From IMG/VR virus record IMGVR_UViG_3300020478_000009, positions 1 through 56,319 of that record: 56,319 nucleotides of DNA, one strand, 5' to 3'. The notes beneath the pieces were generated by a model, which worked only from the letters and a program-made list of their open reading frames with translations, searched no databases and was not told the origin of the DNA. The DNA is from a virus (taxonomy: Duplodnaviria > Caudoviricetes). Below, one piece after another: positions 17,984-26,400 of this stretch. The position numbers and the translations under genes were made by a program. Positions within the stretch are counted from its first letter, which is position 1, and the number at the start of each line of letters is the position of its first letter.

Positions 17984-18250
17984 ATGGAAGGTCAGTGTGT
18001 TACTGACGAAGAGATGCGAGAAGAACTACTTTTTGACATAGCATTGCAAACAGTATCTTATGCTCGTAGTCTTGCCGGGGCCTCTGAAGGTATTGAGCCT
18101 TTAAGTCAAGAAGAATGGCACTCAGTAATCAATGATATTAAAATCGTTTTAGACAGCCACATGGCTTGTCATGGTTTTAAGTGTGTATCACCAGTTGATG
18201 ACATATCAAAGTATGGTTATTTACCATTAGCTGATAAGAAAGAACACTGA
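17984..18250 (+). CDS. Hypothetical protein
   Basis: SD GAAAGGAGA. Confidence 0.6.
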   Translation: MEGQCVTDEEMREELLFDIALQTVSYARSLAGASEGIEPLSQEEWHSVINDIKIVLDSHMACHGFKCVSPVDDISKYGYLPLADKKEH

Positions 18251-18251
18251 A

Positions 18252-18395
18252 ATGAGTGATGTAGAAAATTTGATTGTGGAAATTGAAACGTTTCTTGAAG
18301 TTACTGCAAACCGGGAGTTGTTTAGCTCTCAGGAAATACAAAACCTCTTATTAGATTTACGCTCTTTAGCGACACAAGAAGCACCAATAGCGTAA
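18252..18395 (+). CDS. Hypothetical 47-aa protein (not in ORF track)
   Basis: Hand-translated MSDVENLIVEIETF...LLLDLRSLATQEAPIA; fills the gap. Confidence 0.45.
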   Translation: MSDVENLIVEIETFLEVTANRELFSSQEIQNLLLDLRSLATQEAPIA

Positions 18396-18433
18396 CAAGA
18401 GGCTATACTTAATAGGAAGGAGAGAGGCATAAT

Positions 18434-18655
18434 ATGACAAATACAGCAACACAGATTTTAGCGGATTTTCCTAAAAAGGATTATCCTTGGAACGTTTGGC
18501 TTGATGGGAATACCAGAGTGTTAGTTCGAGGAACACACTTTGATCCAGACCCCCAGTCAATGAGAGTTACCGTTTATCGTGCTGCGAGCAGAATGGGCCG
18601 AAAAGTACGAACTGTAATAGACGGAGACCAACTGATTATTAAAGCTAAAGATTAA
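18434..18655 (+). CDS. Small putative DNA-binding protein
   Basis: YPW..W.DG motif; -10 TATACT and SD AAGGAG upstream. Confidence 0.6.
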   Translation: MTNTATQILADFPKKDYPWNVWLDGNTRVLVRGTHFDPDPQSMRVTVYRAASRMGRKVRTVIDGDQLIIKAKD

Positions 18656-18677
18656 ATAGGAGAAGAAAGGAGGAAAA

Positions 18678-19196
18678 GTGAAACTAAATAAGCTGATACC
18701 GCAAAGCGTGAGAGCGGCGAAATTAGCGGCTGAAGCTCATTCAGGTCAAACAGATTTGACTGGTGAGCCTTACATTCTTCACTTGAAGAGAGTAGCTAGA
18801 ATGACTAACTCTTCTGATGAAGCTACAGTTGCATGGTTGCATGACATTATCGAAGATACTCCGATAACGTCAGCAGATTTGAAAGCTTATGGTTTTAAAC
18901 CAAGAGTTGTTAAAGCTGTTGAGGCCATAACTCACCTACCGGGACAACCCGATGATGAGTACATGGATCAAGTAGCTAGGAATCCGTTAGCTGTCACAGT
19001 CAAACGGTATGATTTGTTAGACCATGTGAATCATAAAGCTAAAGGCATTTACGGTCAGGTTGGTTGGGAAGCGCCCCGGGTTATGCAGGGACACCCCAAG
19101 TTACCAGTCTATAAAAAGTTTTTAGCTTATTTGAAGCTAGTTGCAGTTATTGGGTATGTCCCAGTTCCTGAAAATGTTGATCTGGTTAACGCCTAA
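18678..19196 (+). CDS. HD-domain small alarmone hydrolase-like protein (Mesh1/SpoT-HD type)
   Basis: AHSGQ..GEPYILH..VA, WLHDIIEDT, AVEAIT, VKRYD. Confidence 0.85.
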   Translation: MKLNKLIPQSVRAAKLAAEAHSGQTDLTGEPYILHLKRVARMTNSSDEATVAWLHDIIEDTPITSADLKAYGFKPRVVKAVEAITHLPGQPDDEYMDQVARNPLAVTVKRYDLLDHVNHKAKGIYGQVGWEAPRVMQGHPKLPVYKKFLAYLKLVAVIGYVPVPENVDLVNA

Positions 19197-19527
19197 TGAA
19201 CTCGTTAAAGGTAAAAGTAGAGGTTAAGAAAGTTCTTGGCCCTACTGGCATGTTTCATTGGGCGGTATATCAGGATGGCAGATGCAGAGATTTATGTAAG
19301 ACTGAATACGAAGCGCAAAGACTCAGGGACAATATCGTTGATAGTTGGGAGTCGAAAGATGAGTAATAACCGTTATTATCAATGCAAGTATTAGGTATGG
19401 GGCATCCCGACTGGTGGAAAGTATCAGTCTTTCATCAGGAGGAGTACTGGGAGCTGAAAGAAAAAGGTTATGTGCGGCTTCCAGTAGAAATCTGTTCTGC
19501 GAAACTTAACGAAATAATCGAGGAAAT

Positions 19528-19737
19528 ATGAGTTTATATAATTCAAAAGAACAAGAAATAATAACGAAGCTTGGTATTCTTTGCCATCTCTTAGATAGTG
19601 CTAGTCAAGTTATGGCAGAGCTAGGAAAGCTAGTTGAAGGCCATGATGCAGATGAGATAAATAGAATGATAGAAGAACACAGCGAAAAAGGAATAAAGAT
19701 GATCGCTGACTTTTTAGATGAAGTGAATGAGATATAA
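19528..19737 (+). CDS. Hypothetical protein
   Basis: ORF with weak SD GAGG. Confidence 0.5.
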   Translation: MSLYNSKEQEIITKLGILCHLLDSASQVMAELGKLVEGHDADEINRMIEEHSEKGIKMIADFLDEVNEI

Positions 19738-20157
19738 TGGAAATTTTAACAGAGTTTCTCTTAGCCATAATGGTAGCTTTACTAGGTTTCTGTGTAGGGA
19801 TGCTTGTTTGCATGATTCAAAACCATGACTGAAGCTGAAAAGTGGCTCGCAGAAGGAATAGAAAAGGGCTTCTGTTCTTACGACTGGTGTAAACTTCATG
19901 ACAATAGAGAAGGTGAAAAGTGTGTGATGCTTGTTCAGTTATTCAAAGAATGTCTCATTCCGAAAGATGCCAATGTCCAGTAATGAACCTATTCTTAGCG
20001 ACAGAGATACAATCTGGGGTAGGAAGCACTTTGATCCAAAGAAGGGAACATCGTGGCACACTTTCCCTGATGGAATTGATACACGCCAAACTATTCCATT
20101 ACGCAAAAAATACAGAAAACAAGCCTAATTTGACGCAAATGACGTAGCATTAGAACA

Positions 20158-20652
20158 ATGAATAACATTATAGAACCCGATTTTGGAAGCAGAGCTTTCC
20201 GAGGAGACAAACGAAAAGAGTATTTAGAACACCTGCGTAACGGTATGGGCCGAAAGCAAGCTGCAAGAGCTACAGGTGTAGGAATAAGAACTGTACAAAG
20301 ATATGTAAATCAACATCCAGACTGGGAAGCAGAACGAGATGAAGCTGAATCAGAAGCCATTGAGCTAGTAGAGAACGCTTTGTTCAATACAGCGGTAGAA
20401 GGCAATGTCTCAGCAGGCATCTTTTTTCTGACTAACAGGTCGCCTGACAGGTGGACAGATAAACGTAGACCGAATATAAACCTTAACGCTCAAGCGGCTG
20501 TCGCTATAGGTGATGGCGAGCATGAGGGTGTGGTTGGAAGAATGATAGCTAGAGCAGAAGCTCTACTAACAGAAGGAGAAGAAACAAATGGCGAACGCCG
20601 AAGTAGTAATGTCAGGGAACTTGGTAGCGGACCCGGAGGTAACACAAACTAA
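20158..20652 (+). CDS. terS: Terminase small subunit (HTH)
   Basis: HTH RKQAARATGVGIRTV; VENALFNTAVEGNVSAGIFFLTNR..W; TAGCAT lies 7 nt before ATG. Confidence 0.75.
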   Translation: MNNIIEPDFGSRAFRGDKRKEYLEHLRNGMGRKQAARATGVGIRTVQRYVNQHPDWEAERDEAESEAIELVENALFNTAVEGNVSAGIFFLTNRSPDRWTDKRRPNINLNAQAAVAIGDGEHEGVVGRMIARAEALLTEGEETNGERRSSNVRELGSGPGGNTN

Positions 20653-21001
20653 ATCCGGGTTAGCTTTAACCAAGTTTCGTGTAGCGGTTAATGACCGTAA
20701 GAAAGAAGGAAACGACTGGGTTGATGATCCATCGTTTTACAATGTGGTGTGCTGGGATAAGCTCGCTAGTCATGTAGCTGAGTCTTGCTATAAAGGAACT
20801 GGTGTGATCATCCGGGGCCGGCTAAAAGAAAACACTTGGACTAACACCGAAGGTGAGACTCGGCGAAACGTTGAGATTATCGCTGATGATGTTGGTGTGT
20901 CTTTAAAGTTTGCGATTGTTGAGAAGATTGAGCGCATGGCTTCTACTGGTAGACAGCAAGAAAGTAAGCCTAAGTACGAGAAACCGGAAGAGCCTTTTTA
21001 A
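20588..21001 (+). CDS. ssb: Single-stranded DNA-binding protein
   Basis: GNLVADPE, FRVAVN, VVCW..A, GRLK, acidic EEPF tail; SD AAGGAG. Confidence 0.92.
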   Translation: MANAEVVMSGNLVADPEVTQTKSGLALTKFRVAVNDRKKEGNDWVDDPSFYNVVCWDKLASHVAESCYKGTGVIIRGRLKENTWTNTEGETRRNVEIIADDVGVSLKFAIVEKIERMASTGRQQESKPKYEKPEEPF

Positions 21002-21048
21002 TCTAGTTACATTCGTGTAATTACATCAAAAGAAATCGGAAGCAAAAG

Positions 21049-21111
21049 CACATATATCACGCTATATAGAGTTATACTATCTGTATGGAAGCAAACGAAA
21101 AGGAGAAAGAA
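21049..21111 (+). promoter_or_regulatory. Island promoter and RBS
   Basis: ACGCTATA at 21059, TATACT at 21073, AAAGGAGA. Confidence 0.65.
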
Positions 21112-21372
21112 ATGAAAGCAACTTCCGAATTACCAGTCGAGTTCACTGACTGGAAAAAAGTAGAAAAGGGTACTCAAGGAACTTATGGTTTAATCCAATG
21201 TTCTGAAACTGGTAGCCATGTTCTTTACTTGATAGATAACACAGATTACAACAACGAAGATTATGCCTTCCTTAAAGAATTTGCAGGTCATACTCAAGTT
21301 GGATATGTAGCTCATCCTGATGAACTTTGGATAGCAGTTGAAGCGGCTGACGAAGAGATAGCGGCTTTGTAA
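21112..21372 (+). CDS. Hypothetical protein (alternative leaderless start at 21085)
   Basis: SD AAAGGAGA before the ATG at 21112. Confidence 0.6.
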   Translation: MKATSELPVEFTDWKKVEKGTQGTYGLIQCSETGSHVLYLIDNTDYNNEDYAFLKEFAGHTQVGYVAHPDELWIAVEAADEEIAAL

Positions 21373-21515
21373 GAATGGTAGAAATCATTCACTACAACGA
21401 AGTTGTTGCATTCATCTTTTATAGTTTGATGATTATTGCAGGAACTCTTATTCCTTGTTGGTTAGCTCATAAAGTTGGCTAATAAGGTTAGTTAATAAAC
21501 AGAAAAGGAGAATAA

Positions 21516-21704
21516 ATGAAAATCAACTTATTGTTCATCGAGGAGGTTGATCCTGATGACTACGAGCAGTTAGCTGAACTTGTGAACAACGAAATAATAA
21601 ACGTTGTCACAGAAGATTTAACTTTTGAACAGTACGAAAACTTTATAGACGAGTTGACTTCTGTTCTTGATACTCAATTAGAAGCTCACAAAGCTTCACA
21701 ATAG
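21516..21704 (+). CDS. Small acidic hypothetical protein
   Basis: SD AAAGGAGA; D/E-rich. Confidence 0.55.
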   Translation: MKINLLFIEEVDPDDYEQLAELVNNEIINVVTEDLTFEQYENFIDELTSVLDTQLEAHKASQ

Positions 21705-21719
21705 AAAAGGAGAAATGTT

Positions 21720-21965
21720 TTGTTTGCTCTAATGGAAATGACTAACCCGATGTGGGAATGGCTGGTAGCGCCACTTATCCTCATCGGAATCGGAATGTTA
21801 CTCGGTGGAGTAATCGCTAAAAAAATGCTCAAGTATGAGCTTGACCAAGGGTGGCGTGAAAGCTATATAGATAAAAAACCTCCATTAAAACACGTTAAGT
21901 TCATACCTGATAGCGGAGCTACTCTATATAATTGGGAAGACGAGGAGGGTTTTCCAAACGAGTAA
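21720..21965 (+). CDS. Small single-TM protein
   Basis: WLVAPLILIGIGMLLGGVIA; SD AAAGGAGA. Confidence 0.55.
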   Translation: MFALMEMTNPMWEWLVAPLILIGIGMLLGGVIAKKMLKYELDQGWRESYIDKKPPLKHVKFIPDSGATLYNWEDEEGFPNE

Positions 21966-21999
21966 CATTTGACTCGCAAAATAATGTGTAAGATGCGTT

Positions 22000-22088
22000 C
22001 ACGCCCGCCTTACCCACCACAGCGGGTCTACCTAACTGTAGGGGCTGAGTTAATCTCCTTTCGCAGTCCCTACAGTTAGGGTTCTTTT
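22000..22088 (+). ncRNA. Candidate small RNA/terminator with anti-SD loop
   Basis: 17-bp stem 22031-22047/22064-22080; loop AGTTAATCTCCTTTCG; followed by GTTCTTTT. Confidence 0.55.
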
Positions 22089-22106
22089 GGTATAGTCTTT
22101 AGTATT

Positions 22107-23438
22107 GTGACTGACCTTATAGATACTTTTGCTGAGAACGAAATTAAAAAAGCGACCTCCACTGATTTTATGGAGATCGGTTCTTCTGGTTTACACGTTT
22201 ATGACGGACAAGTAAGAGAAGAGTTTCTAACTCAGCTTCGTGGAAGAAACGCTTACAAGACATATCGGGAGATGCGTGACAACGATCCTGTTATTGGAGC
22301 GGTGCTTCAAGCTATAACTATGTTGATGCGCTCAGTTGAATGGCAGGTTGAACCTGCTGATCCTGAGGACCAGAAAGCGGCTGATGTCGCAGAGTTCTGT
22401 GGTAGCTGTCTAACGGACATGAGTCAAACATGGGAAGATATGCTCGCTCAGATAATGACTTACCTTACTTACGGCTGGTCATATTTTGAGATTATCTACA
22501 AATACCGTAAAGGCTGGAATGAGACAGGGGATCGTTCCCGGTATGACGATGGGATGATCGGTTGGCGAAAGCTTGCACCACGCGCTCAGGACACTTTGGA
22601 ACGCTGGGAGTTAGATGAGAACGGCGGAGTTCAAGGCATGTACCAGATGAACCCTGTGTCCGGTAAAGGACAGGTTCTTATTCCTATTGAGAAAGCTTTG
22701 CTGTTTAGAACATCTAGTGCTTTGAACAACCCTGAAGGCAAATCGGTTTTAAGAAACGCTTACACTTCTTACTATTTTAAAAAACGAATACAAGAGATCG
22801 AAGCTATCGGTATTGAACGTGACCTTGCAGGGCTACCTATCGCATACGTGCCACCTCAACTACTTTCAGATAACGCTACAAGCGAAGAGACAGCGGCTTT
22901 AGGTGAAATAAAAAAGATTATTCGTAACATTAGGCGTGACGAGCAGGAAGGCGTGGTCTTTCCGCTGGCTTACGATCCTGAGACAAATAACCTTGCTTAC
23001 GATTTAAAGCTTCTCTCGACTGGTGGTGATCGTCAGTTCGACACAGATGCGATCATAGGTAGATACGATCAGCGCATGGCGATGACGATGCTCGCTGATT
23101 TCATTCTTTTAGGACACGAAAAAGTAGGGACTCAAGCCTTGTCTGTTTCTAAGGTCGCTTTGTTCAGCCAAAGCTTGAACGCTTACCTAGATGGAATAGC
23201 GGCAGTATTTCAGAATCACGCATTCCCTAGATTGTTGAAGATCAACAACATTGATGCGAATTTGACTCCCAGTCTTACTCACGCACCAGTAAGAAACGTG
23301 GACTTGAAAGAACTCGGCGAGTATGTCAGCAAACTCACCGGTTCAGGAGCCACGCTATTTCCTGATGATCAGCTTGAAGCTTACTTGAGAGAGGTTGGCG
23401 GTTTACCAGTAAGCAGTGATGCTGAATCGGTTGACTAA
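22107..23438 (+). CDS. Portal protein
   Basis: YREMRDNDPVIGA, YGWSYFEI, NPEGKSVLR, IGIERDLAGLP; first gene of head operon. Confidence 0.9.
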   Translation: MTDLIDTFAENEIKKATSTDFMEIGSSGLHVYDGQVREEFLTQLRGRNAYKTYREMRDNDPVIGAVLQAITMLMRSVEWQVEPADPEDQKAADVAEFCGSCLTDMSQTWEDMLAQIMTYLTYGWSYFEIIYKYRKGWNETGDRSRYDDGMIGWRKLAPRAQDTLERWELDENGGVQGMYQMNPVSGKGQVLIPIEKALLFRTSSALNNPEGKSVLRNAYTSYYFKKRIQEIEAIGIERDLAGLPIAYVPPQLLSDNATSEETAALGEIKKIIRNIRRDEQEGVVFPLAYDPETNNLAYDLKLLSTGGDRQFDTDAIIGRYDQRMAMTMLADFILLGHEKVGTQALSVSKVALFSQSLNAYLDGIAAVFQNHAFPRLLKINNIDANLTPSLTHAPVRNVDLKELGEYVSKLTGSGATLFPDDQLEAYLREVGGLPVSSDAESVD

Positions 23439-26400
23439 TGCCGCTGACTATAGGGCGTTCTCGCCGGTCAGGTTTCGCTAAAACTGTTGTTAAAATCCCG
23501 CGCAAGCAGGTAGCTGGACAACCGGGGTTAGAGCCTGTAGACGCTCCTTTAACTCCATTAGAGAAAAAAGTAGCTCGTATTTTTGTTGAGGCTTTAACTT
23601 TCACACCCCGGCAAATATCCAGACTATTAGAAGAAGATGAAACTGTAGGAGCGTTAACACCTTTTTTAGAGCATCTTGAACCTGCTCGCAAAGAACTATC
23701 TGACGCTTTAATGGAACAACTCGATGAGTCCGGGGCTTTCTTCTGGAATGAACTTGTTGATCAGCTTAAACGTAAACCTGATCCCTCATCAGTTAATTTC
23801 ATTGCTAAAAACCAAATCAGAAAAGAGATTGATCCTGAAGACGTAACAGTAGTGATGCCTACAGGGGCAGAGTTCACCAGTAGTTTCTCTAAACGCACAC
23901 CACGCGGTAAACGCTGGGCTGATAACGAATCAGCGAGACTAATAACTAACATCGCTGAAGAAACAAGAGAGAACCTGCAAGACGTTATTGCTTCTGCTAC
24001 CGGGCGTGGGGGCAGGCAACGAATGATGACTTTACTGGGAAACGTTTTAGAAAACGCTCCTGCGGGTATTGACTCTGGGAATGTTCTCACAAAGTTTCAA
24101 TCTGAAGTCTCACCGGCTGTCGCAGGGCTTACATTCAAACAGCATAATGCTGTAATCAATACAGCTAATAAAGCTTTTGATGATGCTTTAGCTAAAGGCT
24201 TGCCGTTTAATAAAGCTGTTGAAGCGGCTGAGAAAGAAGCTTTAGCTCACGGTAAACGTGCGCGTGAATATCGAGCAAGAATGATTTCACGTACTGAGAT
24301 GATGGAAGCTTCAAACAGGGGAAAGCTCGAAGCGGCGAAACAAGCCGCTGAAGCTGGAATGTTTAACCCTCACAGGGCAGGTAGACAATGGGTTACTTCT
24401 ACTTTCGATGTTTGCGTTACTTGCGAACCTTTGCATGGGAAAGTTGTTGCGTTTGAAAGTGGAACCTTCCCAGCGAAATACAAAGTTAGCGGGAACTGGG
24501 TAGAGGAACCCCACGATTTACCTCCGGCTCATCCAAATTGTCGATGCACTTGGACACTGGTTTACGACACCGTAGTTCCTCCTACTGCTACAGAGACAGG
24601 TGTTTTAACTCCTCCAAAAGATGTTCCATTAGAGTTGCTTAACCGAGCGTGGGCTGAAGCAGGCAAGCTCGCTCGTTCTGTAGCTTCAGTACAAGACGAA
24701 GTTACTGGAGTGATGGTAAGTGTCGCTGACGACATCGGCGCAGATATGTATGGGTTGCAACACGCAACAAAAACAGAAGCTTCTCTAGCTCGTAAAATCA
24801 CAACAGATTTCACAGAAGAAGTAGCTAAAGATCCGACACTTACTGTAGAAGCTGTAGCTGAGGACATTGGAGATGCGCTTAGGTTTACGATGATCGCTGA
24901 TGCTGAAAATTACACGGATGATGTGATGGCGGCGCTTCGAGATTTAGAAGCCCGTGGTTACACGTACAAGAAGGCTCCTAAGAATTTTTGGCGAGTTGAT
25001 AATCTGAAAAATCCGTACAACGGAATTAACGTGAATATGCGTACACCTACTGGGCAAATAGTGGAAATTCAGTTTCATACCCCTGAAGGTATCGCTATGA
25101 AAAACAGGATTCATCCTCTTTATGAGAGACAGCGAGCTATTGGTGTTACTCAAGAATTGAAAGATGAGATCGCTGAAGAAATGGCTGAGATGGTTTCAGT
25201 GTTGGATTATCCGGATGATGTAACCGATTTGCGGTTCTTCCCTGATGAAGAAATCAAGTATCGTTTAGAAACTGAAGATGACATTGTTGCACGTTTTGGT
25301 GGTAAGTGGCCTGAAGGATCAATGGATGCTTACACGGATGCTGACGGCAACTGGTGGGAGATGCGTGAAACCCTGCATGAGAACATAATCGAAGAAGGAT
25401 TGTCGAAAGCTACACCTGTTGAAGAACCGATAGTGCATTTCATGGGAGGAGGCCCTGCATCCGGTAAAGGCACAGCGATTAGGCAAGGACTGATAGATGT
25501 CCCTGACAACATCGTGGTTGTTGACGCTGACGAGATTAAAGATGCTTTACCTGAATATAAAGCTTTGATTGATGACAGGTCATCGAGAGCGGCGGCGTAT
25601 GTGCATGAGGAAAGTTCGTATTTGTCGAAAGAAATGTTCCAAGAGTCGATTGATAGTGGAAGAAACACTCAGCTTGACGGTACAGGAGATTCTTCTATAG
25701 AGAAGCTTCGCTCTAAAGTCGCATCAGCTAGAGAAGCTTCATCAGCGCAAGGCGGAACTAGAGTGATTGCTGATTACATAACTATTGACACGGAAGAAGC
25801 TGTTAAACGAGCAAGAAGTCGAGCAATTCGCACAGGTCGTTCAGTCCCAGAGTCGGTTGTTCGTGAAACACATGCAAGTATCAGTAGGATATTCCCTGAT
25901 ATTCTTGATGAGAATTTGTTTGATGACATTAAGCTTTGGGATACAGCGTTTGATCCACCGAAGCTGATTTTACGTAAAGTTGATGGTGTTCTTGAAATTT
26001 ATGACGAAGCGGCTTATGAACGTTTCTTGTTGAAGAACCCTGATTATCCCGGTGCTGGTATCAAACCGGGAATTGAGCCGATTATTGACAGTAAGAGCCG
26101 TGTTTATTTAACGATTGATGAACAGTATGATCCGCTTCGACAGTCGCAAGTTCACGAACCTTTTTATGAAGAGAAACTGGCTCAAGGCGTTCCTACCGAT
26201 GAACCTGATGTAGTGATCTTGGGAGGAGGCCCTGCGTCTGGTAAAGGTCATTTATTAGATAGAGACATTATTGAAAAACCTGAAGGTCATATTGTTGTTA
26301 ATCCTGATGACGCTAAAGCAGTCATACCTGAATATAAACAAATTATCGAAAATGGTGACAGTTGGGCTTCTACTTATGTTCACGAAGAATCTTCTGACAT

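Noticed and set aside
19196-20147. Several short overlapping ORFs between the HD hydrolase and terS
   Set aside because: Probably small genes, but frames and starts could not be resolved confidently, so only 19528-19737 was kept
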